Part shown: positions 30,711 to 37,767 of the stretch, one piece after another | Position numbering within the stretch: the first letter of the stretch is position 1 | Layout: each line of letters begins with the position of its first letter | From: a virus | Taxonomy: Duplodnaviria > Caudoviricetes | IMG/VR virus record: IMGVR_UViG_3300020045_010465 | Location: 1-46,092 of that record | DNA: 46,092 nucleotides | Strand: one strand, 5' to 3' | Notes under the pieces: generated by a model | Databases searched by the model: none | What the model was told of the DNA's origin: nothing | What the model saw: only the letters and a program-made list of their open reading frames with translations | Translations under genes and position numbers: made by a program

Positions 30711-31313
30711 TTATGATTTTAAATGATTCAAATAAGCTTTATAAGATTCGAAAATAGCCTGTATTTGTTTAAATTCATCAGTACCTCTTTTTGTTGAGTA
30801 TTCTTCTGTTGAGTTAAAAAAATACTGCCACTCTTCAATAGTTTTCTTTTTACACCCTATTTGTATTTTATCTCCTAGAATAGAATGACTCCATTTGCAA
30901 AATTGGGGCATACAAGCTAATTCTTTATTTTCTGCATTACTCAGGTCTGCGCCACTCAGGTCTGCATTACTCAGGTCTGCATTACTCAGGTTTGCGTATC
31001 TCAGGTTTGCGTATCTCAGGTCTGCATTACTCAGGTCTGCATTACTCAGGTTTGCGTATCTCAGGTTTGCGTATCTCAGGTTTGCGTATCTCAGGTCTGC
31101 ATTACTCAGGTCTGCATTACTCAGGTTTGCGTATCTCAGGTTTGCGTATCTCAGGTCTGCATTACTCAGGTCTGCATTACTCAGGTTTGCGTATCTCAGG
31201 TCTGCGTCGACTTCAATAGCCTCTTTTAATGTTGTTAAAATTGAATTATTATCCGATTCGTATTCAAATAATAAATTTCCAAAAATTGATTTAATCTGTA
31301 GCTTTGTTTTCAT
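30711..31313 (-). CDS. pentapeptide repeat protein
   Basis: A(D/N)L(S/R)x repeats; C-terminal IQIGC....EEW domain. Confidence 0.9.
   Translation of the reverse strand: MKTKLQIKSIFGNLLFEYESDNNSILTTLKEAIEVDADLRYANLSNADLSNADLRYANLRYANLSNADLSNADLRYANLRYANLRYANLSNADLSNADLRYANLRYANLSNADLSNADLSGADLSNAENKELACMPQFCKWSHSILGDKIQIGCKKKTIEEWQYFFNSTEEYSTKRGTDEFKQIQAIFESYKAYLNHLKS
30931..31200. repeat. 18 x 15-bp tandem repeat (two unit types) encoding the pentapeptides
   Basis: units tctgcattactcagg and tttgcgtatctcagg, plus one variant tctgcgccactcagg. Confidence 0.95.
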
Positions 31314-31367
31314 AATTGTTATTGTTGGTTAAATTCCAAATTTTTGATTAACTTATTTTATTTTTGA

Positions 31368-31586
31368 TTAAATTAATGCTTCGTAATGCTTCTTTTCTAT
31401 TTCTTGAAATTTCAATTGCTTGTCGAAAACTTCATTTACATATTTTTCAATGTCAGGATCGATTTTGTCCTTCATTATGGTAGTTCTTAGGTACCTTCCT
31501 GTTTTAGTTCCGTTAATCTTAAAGGCTATTTTATCGGTTATAGCCTCTTTGTGGTTCAGTTTTTCGTACTTTTCTTTGATTGTCAT
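31368..31586 (-). CDS. hypothetical protein
   Basis: 72 aa ORF. Confidence 0.5.
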   Translation of the reverse strand: MTIKEKYEKLNHKEAITDKIAFKINGTKTGRYLRTTIMKDKIDPDIEKYVNEVFDKQLKFQEIEKKHYEALI

Positions 31587-31589
31587 AGG

Positions 31590-31787
31590 TTAATAATTTT
31601 CTTCTGTTACTATTTCGGTTATTCTCTCAATTACGTTAGACTTAAGCATCCAGTAAATATCAACATCGTTAACTTTTATTAATTCAGTTGACCATCCGCC
31701 TGCATAATTAGTATCTGTTTCTGGTTTATCGTAATTTCCAAAAACTTCAAAATCCACCCCCTCGTAAGTTATTCTATGTGATTCCAT
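31590..31787 (-). CDS. hypothetical protein
   Basis: 65 aa ORF, first gene after the promoter. Confidence 0.55.
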   Translation of the reverse strand: MESHRITYEGVDFEVFGNYDKPETDTNYAGGWSTELIKVNDVDIYWMLKSNVIERITEIVTEENY

Positions 31788-31809
31788 ATTTATTGTTATT
31801 TTGTTTTAG

Positions 31810-31837
31810 CAAATGTATGTATTAATTATTACATACA
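31810..31837 (-). promoter_or_regulatory. Bacteroidota -7 promoter element with overlapping palindromic operator
   Basis: minus-strand TACATTTG (TAnnTTTG) at 31810-31817; TGTATGTA-N8-TACATACA inverted repeat at 31814-31837. Confidence 0.55.
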
Positions 31838-31859
31838 CAAAATAAAAAACGTTAAATTT

Positions 31860-32042
31860 TTAAAATGGACAATATTCTTTTTTAGGCTTGGGGAGTAAAT
31901 CGCTATACTCCCTTTTTATTTTCTCCTTTATTGCATCACGAATAAATTTACCGACGTCAATGTTATAAGACTTCATTTTTTGTAAAGTACTCAACTGAAT
32001 TTCTGAAATACGAATAACCTTTGTTTTAGTGTATTTTTTCAT
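31860..32042 (-). CDS. ribbon-helix-helix-like small DNA-binding protein
   Basis: KVIRIS strand, helix, then VGKFIRDAIKEKI helix; sits at the end of the left cassette array. Confidence 0.6.
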   Translation of the reverse strand: MKKYTKTKVIRISEIQLSTLQKMKSYNIDVGKFIRDAIKEKIKREYSDLLPKPKKEYCPF

Positions 32043-32084
32043 AATTGTAATACATTTGTAGCGTGTAGCCGATAGTTAGTGGCA
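32043..32084. other. terminal hairpin-less (attI-like) site of left array
   Basis: GTTAGTGGCA at 32075 matches TGCCACTAAC at 32674; no hairpin beyond it. Confidence 0.55.
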
Positions 32085-32089
32085 ACCGC

Positions 32090-32422
32090 CTAGTTTGTGG
32101 TTAACTTTTCTATTTCATTTTTTACTTCTTTGAAAAATGCTTTTTTATCGTGATTTAAGCATCTTGCATTATAAGAATCAGTCCCTTGTTTATCATAAAG
32201 TTCTTCTCCTAATTTTTTTAAAGTTGAAATAATTTCTTCCACCGCAATTAAAGCACATTCTTTAGCTACTTTCATTTTTGATAATTCATTAAAAGCTCTT
32301 TGAGGATATATAAATTTAGATATCAACTCTTCTGCTTTCTCTTTAATTATATTATCATATTGGTGTTGTGATGCTTCAATTTGTTCATCCATTTTATTAG
32401 CCATATAATTTCCTGTATCCAT
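32090..32422 (-). CDS. cassette L1 hypothetical protein
   Basis: KEKA.EL..KF...AKECALIAVEEII...EVK.EIEKL; paralog of 35995-36255. Confidence 0.65.
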   Translation of the reverse strand: MDTGNYMANKMDEQIEASQHQYDNIIKEKAEELISKFIYPQRAFNELSKMKVAKECALIAVEEIISTLKKLGEELYDKQGTDSYNARCLNHDKKAFFKEVKNEIEKLTTN

Positions 32423-32424
32423 AA

Positions 32425-32652
32425 TTATTTTTGATTTGTTGGTTTAGGAATATTTGTCCATTGCAAGTCGTTTTCATATTCAGGAGTAAATATTATATCT
32501 GAATCAGTAACTTGCCAGAACAAATTTTTAAAATCATAATATCCTATAAATAATTCTCCGTCAAAAAGAATCAATACATCAATGCTAAATGCTCCATTGC
32601 ATTCAATATCTTTAAGTGGATATTCTAATGCTGTTTTTAATTTTAAACTCAT
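32425..32652 (-). CDS. cassette L1 hypothetical protein (DUF551-like)
   Basis: ATG start MSLKLK at 32652; S.DVLI...IGYY...W...W..IP pattern. Confidence 0.55.
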   Translation of the reverse strand: MSLKLKTALEYPLKDIECNGAFSIDVLILFDGELFIGYYDFKNLFWQVTDSDIIFTPEYENDLQWTNIPKPTNQK

Positions 32653-32673
32653 AATTTCTTGTTTTACATGGTA

Positions 32674-32813
32674 TGCCACTAACAATCGCTATATTTCAGC
32701 GTTGTGATTTGGCTTAATTTAATGTTTTGTTTCTTTTTTTTTAATTTGTCCTTATCCGAAGAACGGTTTTGTGTCAGTCCACGCCGAAATTATAGCGATG
32801 GGCGTTATAAGCC
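32674..32813. repeat. attC-like hairpin site L1
   Basis: AAC-a-ATCGCTATATTTCAGCGT...ACGCCGAAATTATAGCGAT-gggc-GTT; 120-nt spacer. Confidence 0.85.
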
Positions 32814-33002
32814 ATTTACCAAGCCTGCGTAAACAGACCACCAATACACCTGAAAAAAGAAACTTGGATAAAAAAGCCACCATTGAGTAGGCGAAATCCA
32901 TTTGTAGCTTGGTAACGAAAGTGTGTTTTTACCAAACAAGGTTGCAATTTTTAGTAAATTAAGGATTACTATTCCTGACGTGAAAATGAATAAATACTGC
33001 AT
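32805..33002 (-). CDS. cassette L2 small membrane protein
   Basis: 2 hydrophobic segments; TAA stop is part of the TAAC core; arms GTTATAAGCC/GGCTTATAAC. Confidence 0.6.
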   Translation of the reverse strand: MQYLFIFTSGIVILNLLKIATLFGKNTLSLPSYKWISPTQWWLFYPSFFFQVYWWSVYAGLVNGL

Positions 33003-33044
33003 TGTTTTTTTAATTAAATTTTTAAGCCAAACACGAATAAAAAC

Positions 33045-33146
33045 GGCTTATAACAGTGGTTTGGCAAAATACCGCCACAAGCCTTTGTGCTAAATTTTAA
33101 CATTATGCAAGGCGGTACTTCGCCAAGCCAGATAACGTTAGTGTTC
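33045..33146. repeat. attC-like hairpin site L2
   Basis: TGGTTTGGCAAAATACCGCC...GGCGGTACTTCGCCAAGCCA; 82-nt spacer. Confidence 0.85.
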
Positions 33147-33608
33147 AGTTAAACACGTATTCGTTAAACTACAATTTTCAAAAAAATAATAGACGTTTTG
33201 TAATTCATGTACGTATTTTATCTCTTTAAATTCATTAACTTCAATAATGAATTCTTGAATATCTTCGTTAGGCATGTGAATTTTAAAATCGCCTTTTTTA
33301 AAAACTTTACTAGCTTGTTGTTCTTGAGGGTCACTGGTGAAATTGCTTGAAAATTTAAATTTATAAAACCATTCCTGCATTAATGGAATAGGCATAATTT
33401 CATTAATTGAATAAAAAATATCAATTCTATTATTCAACCCTATTTTGATATTATTTGAAAGGTCTGTTATTATAGAACTAATTGTTCCTACTTCTCTATG
33501 ATTTCCGTTGTAATGTATAAAATTTCCAATGCGTAAATTAGCAACCGAAACACTAACAACCGTTTGTAGTGATTGAGCATCGTATTGAATTTTGTTATCT
33601 GTTTTCAT
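33138..33608 (-). CDS. cassette L3 protein (LRIGN family), start codon inside hairpin loop
   Basis: ANLRIGN...HELQNVYY; the GTT core encodes Val18. Confidence 0.65.
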   Translation of the reverse strand: MKTDNKIQYDAQSLQTVVSVSVANLRIGNFIHYNGNHREVGTISSIITDLSNNIKIGLNNRIDIFYSINEIMPIPLMQEWFYKFKFSSNFTSDPQEQQASKVFKKGDFKIHMPNEDIQEFIIEVNEFKEIKYVHELQNVYYFFENCSLTNTCLTEH

Positions 33609-33682
33609 CTGTTTTTATTTGTGTTTAATTTATAAAATTAGCTTATTTTTTCAACCACTACAAGCGGCAAGCGTTAGCATCA
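33548..33682. repeat. attC-like hairpin site L3
   Basis: CCGTTTGTAGTGATTGA...TCAACCACTACAAGCGG; 115-nt spacer. Confidence 0.85.
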
Positions 33683-33691
33683 ATGCTACGT

Positions 33692-34039
33692 TTACTGGTA
33701 ATCGATGATTTCTGCTATTAACTCAGCTTTTGTGAAAATCACTTTTCTATCACTTGGATACCATAATTTTGGTAATAGCGAATTAATCTTTTTAAAATCA
33801 ATGTTTGCATCAAGAATTTTTGCTATTCTTTCTTGGTCTTCATCCATATTTTCAGAAAATCTATCTTCATCAAATACTCTTTCTGCAATAGTTTCTCCGT
33901 TTAGAAATCCAATATTTTCTAAATCACATTCGTAGGCTTCAACTGTAAAATCATCAGTTTGTTCTACTAAAAATTCATATTCAAGATGTTCTGCTATATC
34001 TTGAACTTCGCTAAAAAATCTGTCGTCAATTGCGTACAT
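33692..34039 (-). CDS. cassette L4 acidic hypothetical protein
   Basis: 115 aa, Asp/Glu-rich. Confidence 0.65.
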   Translation of the reverse strand: MYAIDDRFFSEVQDIAEHLEYEFLVEQTDDFTVEAYECDLENIGFLNGETIAERVFDEDRFSENMDEDQERIAKILDANIDFKKINSLLPKLWYPSDRKVIFTKAELIAEIIDYQ

Positions 34040-34064
34040 AAAAATCTGTTTTTAAGAACCGCAC

Positions 34065-34202
34065 TAATACTAACACAGGTTTGCAAAAATGGCAAGTTCA
34101 GGTTTAATTTATAGTTTGTTTTGTGTCTGTAATGTTTTGGCAAAATCGAAAATTAAGGCTTGCTTTTTTGCCACTTCTGCAAGCCACGAACCGTTAAGCA
34201 CA
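34065..34202. repeat. attC-like hairpin site L4
   Basis: GGTTTGCAAAAATGGCAA...TTGCCACTTCTGCAAGCC; 118-nt spacer. Confidence 0.85.
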
Positions 34203-34205
34203 AGT

Positions 34206-34655
34206 TTAAGAGCGACCGTCAAAAACGACAATCATACTATCTTTCGTGCCACTTTGTTCTTTTCCTTTTGCGTTTAATGGTATGTAGAAATTTCCATTTT
34301 TATCTAACTTACCAAATTTTATTCTGCCTTTTAAAAATTCAATTTCAGTTGCGTTTGGTTTGATCCATTCATGAAATAATTTTGTACTTGTAGATACTGG
34401 AATAAGGAAAACACAAACTTTTCCTTTTTTCATTTCTTCAACTCCTTTTTTTACAAATTCCTCTTTTAGTTTTTGGCTATAAGGTGGATTTACAAAATTT
34501 GAGTTTCCCCATTCAATTTTTAATCCATCGTTTAAAATTTCACCTTCATTATAAGGGCAAGGATCAAAATCGAAATTAAAACGTTTATTCAATTCCTCGT
34601 ATAATTTTGGAGGAGTTGCATAATTATCATCGTTATTTATGTGAATTTTTTTCAT
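34206..34655 (-). CDS. cassette L5 phage DNA N6-adenine methyltransferase (Dam-like, short type)
   Basis: ATP, F.FDFDPCP, FVNPPYS, LIP..T.T..FH and GRIKF motifs. Confidence 0.85.
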   Translation of the reverse strand: MKKIHINNDDNYATPPKLYEELNKRFNFDFDPCPYNEGEILNDGLKIEWGNSNFVNPPYSQKLKEEFVKKGVEEMKKGKVCVFLIPVSTSTKLFHEWIKPNATEIEFLKGRIKFGKLDKNGNFYIPLNAKGKEQSGTKDSMIVVFDGRS

Positions 34656-34677
34656 ACTAAATTTTAAATTAAAAACC

Positions 34678-34764
34678 TGTGCTTAACAAGTGTTTTGCTC
34701 AATTGTGCCGAAATTAGTTTGCGGTTAGGCACAACTGAAGCAAAGCACTCGAACGTTATCAGGA
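34678..34764. repeat. attC-like hairpin site L5
   Basis: AGTGTTTTGCTCAATTGTGCC...GGCACAACTGAAGCAAAGCACT; 67-nt spacer. Confidence 0.85.
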
Positions 34765-34778
34765 ATACTAAGATTCCG

Positions 34779-35015
34779 TTATTTATGAAATTTAGATTTT
34801 GGCTTGTCGAATATTTGCTCCTGAATAGGTTCGGGTTCATTAAAGCATTTTAATTTTAACGCTTCATTTTTGAAGTAATCGTTTTCTCGTTTTTCTTTCA
34901 TTTCTTCTGGAGTTACAATAATAATTCCTCTTTCTTTTTCAAGAACGCTATCAATTGCACTTTGTAAACAAGTTCTTCCGTGATCTACGTGACCAATTAT
35001 CATTATTTTTTTCAT
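34779..35015 (-). CDS. cassette L6 small protein with EF-Tu-like G1 motif
   Basis: IIGHVDHGRT at N-terminus; arms GTTATCAGGA/TCCTGATAAC. Confidence 0.6.
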   Translation of the reverse strand: MKKIMIIGHVDHGRTCLQSAIDSVLEKERGIIIVTPEEMKEKRENDYFKNEALKLKCFNEPEPIQEQIFDKPKSKFHK

Positions 35016-35044
35016 AACATATTTGTTTTTTAATTAATTCGTAC

Positions 35045-35182
35045 TCCTGATAACAGCGTGTTGTTTTCAGGCTTGGATTATTTTTTGTTTTTTTAATTGG
35101 GGCGAATTCGCCATAATTAGAATCCTTGTTGTTATAAGTGATAATTCACGCCCGAAAAGCAACACGCGAACCGTTATGCATC
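35045..35182. repeat. attC-like hairpin site L6
   Basis: GCGTGTTGTTTTCAGGC...GCCCGAAAAGCAACACGC; 118-nt spacer. Confidence 0.85.
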
Positions 35183-35350
35183 AGCTTGGTTGGAACGGCT
35201 AAATATTTCCTTAATACCATTTTGAACTTTACAAAATGTGCATTTTACTACCTGAATACTTCTACTGTATTTTGATTGTTTAGTAATAACAGTCACGGTA
35301 TTTTTAGAACCGCAATAACTACAATCTACTTGTTGTTTAATTTCTGCCAT
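35174..35350 (-). CDS. cassette L7 58-aa zinc-ribbon protein (below ORF-track cutoff)
   Basis: MAEIKQQVDCSYCGSK...KCTFCKVQNG...NQADA*, TAA stop in TAAC core. Confidence 0.65.
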   Translation of the reverse strand: MAEIKQQVDCSYCGSKNTVTVITKQSKYSRSIQVVKCTFCKVQNGIKEIFSRSNQADA

Positions 35351-35371
35351 AATTTGTGATTTAAAAAGCCG

Positions 35372-35510
35372 AACGGCTAACAGCGTGTTGTTTTCAGGCT
35401 TGGATTAGTTGTTTTTTGAATAGTCAAGGATTTCTTGACAGTTGGTTTTGTACTCGTTGTTATCGGTGATTATTAACGCCCGAAAAGCAACACGCAAAAC
35501 GTTACCCATG
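35372..35510. repeat. attC-like hairpin site L7
   Basis: same stem as L6; 119-nt spacer; abuts the terS stop codon. Confidence 0.85.
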
Positions 35511-35842
35511 ACTAGCTTCCAAGAACTGCTTAAAAATATCTTGCTGACCGGAATCAGTTTCTTTTTGTTCAACTAATTTGCCTCGGTCCTTGAAACTAAA
35601 TCCGAAATGTTTAGAAAGCTCATTGATTTCCTTTATCATTTTTTCTCGAATAGTAACGTAACCGGATACATTTGTGGCACCGCCTTTGAAAGTTTGTATC
35701 AAACCACCATGAAATCCTTTATTTCTAATTTCATTTTCGGATTTAGTTTCAAGGACCGAGGCAAATTAGTTGAACAAAAAGAAACTGATTCCAGTCAGCA
35801 AGATATTTTTAAGCAGTTCTTAGAAGCTAGTCATGGGTAACG
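35500..35842. repeat. 108-bp inverted repeat (35500-35607 / 35735-35842), 2 mismatches, 127-nt spacer
   Basis: direct comparison; both copies encode FGFSFKDRGKL...FLEASHG*. Confidence 0.95.
35502..35740 (-). pseudogene. 5'-truncated terminase small subunit, P27-family-like (C-terminal ~78 aa)
   Basis: ENEIRNKGFHGGLIQTFKGGATNVSGY...LSKHFGFSFKDRGKL; the terS-like frame is interrupted at the fold-back junction; context upstream of HK97-type terL. Confidence 0.6.
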
Positions 35843-35972
35843 GTTCGCTAGTATGATTTCGGCTTGATAAAATGCAAGACCTTATTTCGGATTAAAAAAA
35901 GTAAAAACAAATACAAAAATTAATAACCTAAAGACCGATACAAAAGCTGAAATATACTAGCTGTTAGGGAAT
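35832..35972. repeat. attC-like hairpin site R1
   Basis: GCTAGTATGATTTCGGCTT...AAGCTGAAATATACTAGC; 121-nt spacer. Confidence 0.85.
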
Positions 35973-35994
35973 CGGCTTTATAACACCAAATATC

Positions 35995-36255
35995 ATGGAC
36001 GTAAGGAAAAAAGCAGTTGATTTAATAAAGAAATTTGACGTAAAGTATTACTACAAATTAACTAAAGGACAATTACCAGTATCAATGCATAATTCAGTTA
36101 TCAAAGAATGTATTTTAAATTCTATTAACGAAATAATAACTGAATTATCAAAAGTGCATTATAGAACTGATGTGACTGATATTTTAGAAAATTGGCAAGA
36201 AGTAAAAGTAATAATTGAGCAGGATTTTGACCAGTTATACCAAGCTGTTCCCTAA
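35995..36255 (+). CDS. cassette R1 hypothetical protein
   Basis: paralog of 32090-32422; TAA stop in TAAC core. Confidence 0.65.
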   Translation: MDVRKKAVDLIKKFDVKYYYKLTKGQLPVSMHNSVIKECILNSINEIITELSKVHYRTDVTDILENWQEVKVIIEQDFDQLYQAVP

Positions 36256-36384
36256 CGGCGGATGCTACACGATGGCTGGGACAAGCACACATCCAGACTT
36301 CGGATAATGACAGATTATAAAAGTGCAAAACCAACTTTAAATTTAACCCGAAACCCAGCTATTGTGTAGCATATGTTACCAGTA
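36247..36384. repeat. attC-like hairpin site R2
   Basis: ATGCTACACGATGGCTGGG...CCCAGCTATTGTGTAGCAT; 118-nt spacer. Confidence 0.85.
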
Positions 36385-36403
36385 GTGTTTTATACTAAAT
36401 ATT

Positions 36404-36592
36404 ATGAAAGAAGTAAGAGCAAATTGTTATGTAGAAGTTTTATGTACTTGCCCTAATTGTGGCTATGGATTAGACGTTTTGGATGAAGTAAGAGAGGTTA
36501 TGGATGACGACCACAGAGCAAGCGGAATAGATGTAGAAGTTACTTGTGAAGATTGCAAAGAAACGTTTTTAGTTACCGATGTCGATTTTTAA
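36404..36592 (+). CDS. cassette R2 zinc-ribbon protein
   Basis: CPNC...CEDC. Confidence 0.7.
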   Translation: MKEVRANCYVEVLCTCPNCGYGLDVLDEVREVMDDDHRASGIDVEVTCEDCKETFLVTDVDF

Positions 36593-36595
36593 CAT

Positions 36596-36734
36596 TACTG
36601 GTAACGGTCTTTTGCTAGTGGAAGTGGCTTGAATTAAGCACCGATGCCAGCAAGAAAAGACCAGTACTTAAGTAATCCTTGATAGTTCAAACACAAAACC
36701 ATCTAGCCATTTTTACTAGCAAATGTTAGTAGCT
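36596..36734. repeat. attC-like hairpin site R3
   Basis: TTTGCTAGTGGAAGTGGCT...AGCCATTTTTACTAGCAAA; 119-nt spacer. Confidence 0.85.
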
Positions 36735-36779
36735 GGACGGATTAATTAAACAAAAATTAACTTATAAAAATTAAATATT

Positions 36780-37031
36780 ATGTTTTGGAATAGAAAAGAA
36801 AAAGTAGTTATAGGGAGTCTTGGTCCGTTATTGATTCCTCCAATTCCCGCAAAAAGAGAATTTGAAACAATGTTGGAGATATTGAAAGATGCTGAAAAGT
36901 ATGATAATGGAAATGATATTGAAGTTAGAAATGCTTTACTTACAACTTTATGTGAACACATAGAAGTTTTTAAAGCCAAAAAACAAGAAGCACACAGGGA
37001 TGGAAGTATTTCTCTAAAAGCAGATTCGTAG
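36780..37031 (+). CDS. cassette R3 hypothetical protein
   Basis: fills the cassette between arms GTTAGTAGC/GCTACTAAC. Confidence 0.6.
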   Translation: MFWNRKEKVVIGSLGPLLIPPIPAKREFETMLEILKDAEKYDNGNDIEVRNALLTTLCEHIEVFKAKKQEAHRDGSISLKADS

Positions 37032-37034
37032 TCT

Positions 37035-37176
37035 TGCTACTAACGTTCCCTTGCTAAACGAGGTTAGGGATAAAATAAAAAACAGATTTTCGATTAATAA
37101 CTAATACCAACAAAAATGAAACAGACCACAGATAATGCCCAAATGCCCGAATCTTGTTTAGCAAGTGTTGGCAGTA
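37035..37176. repeat. attC-like hairpin site R4
   Basis: CTTGCTAAACGAGGTT...AATCTTGTTTAGCAAG; 122-nt spacer. Confidence 0.85.
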
Positions 37177-37388
37177 GTTATTCTCTTTATCAGGGTACTG
37201 AATGGAACGATGAAAAATTTGATTTATTAATAGTAGTTAATTTTGAATTAAAAAAGATAAACAGGATTGACCTTGAAAATAAAGTAACTAAAATAATTGA
37301 TATTCCTGAAACAGGTATTCCAGTTCATTTTAAAAAAATAAGTAAATCAAAATTTAACAAATTGGTTGAGAAGTACCTATTTGTATAA
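37116..37388 (+). CDS. cassette R4 hypothetical protein, start codon inside hairpin loop
   Basis: GTT core at 37167 encodes Val18. Confidence 0.6.
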   Translation: MKQTTDNAQMPESCLASVGSSYSLYQGTEWNDEKFDLLIVVNFELKKINRIDLENKVTKIIDIPETGIPVHFKKISKSKFNKLVEKYLFV

Positions 37389-37389
37389 T

Positions 37390-37530
37390 TACTGCCAACG
37401 CTCCCGTGCTTGTGTACAGTAGCGTACAAGTACAAGACAGTCTTAAACTTCGGCAAACAGTTTAAAAAATTGCCAAAACTTAAAATTAATCACCAAGCAA
37501 AGCTATTGACACAAACACGTGTTATAAGAA
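37390..37530. repeat. attC-like hairpin site R5
   Basis: CGTGCTTGTGTACAGTAGC...GCTATTGACACAAACACG; 121-nt spacer. Confidence 0.85.
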
Positions 37531-37553
37531 GTAGCGGGTTTTAAAACAAAAAT

Positions 37554-37763
37554 ATGATAGAAATTGTAAACGTAAAAGACAGATTACCAAATGTAGAATG
37601 TGGTAGTTATTTAGTTTATGCTCCTGAAAGTTTCCCTAAAAATAGTAGGTGGTTAGTTGCGGAGTATTATGATGATGTTAAAGGTTTTTATAGCGAAAGT
37701 TCTGAAAACTTTTTAGAAGATGTTACGCATTGGTGCGAATTGCCTAAAGAACCGCTAACGTAG
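37554..37763 (+). CDS. cassette R5 DUF551-like protein
   Basis: VKDRLP...YLV...VTHWCELP.EP. Confidence 0.7.
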   Translation: MIEIVNVKDRLPNVECGSYLVYAPESFPKNSRWLVAEYYDDVKGFYSESSENFLEDVTHWCELPKEPLT

Positions 37764-37767
37764 CTAT

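Larger units (their letters stand above)
32043..35510 (-). mobile_element. left integron-like cassette array (7 cassettes, no adjacent integrase)
   Basis: seven units bounded by GTT...AAC arms (self-complementary in six) and separated by hairpin spacers. Confidence 0.85.

Noticed and set aside
30895-31332. Plus-strand repetitive ORFs (RSALL / RISGL)
   Set aside because: Shadow frames of the 15-bp repeat encoding the pentapeptide protein.
35607-35840. 77-aa plus-strand ORF
   Set aside because: Artefact of the fold-back: antisense terS sequence fused to the terS C-terminus.
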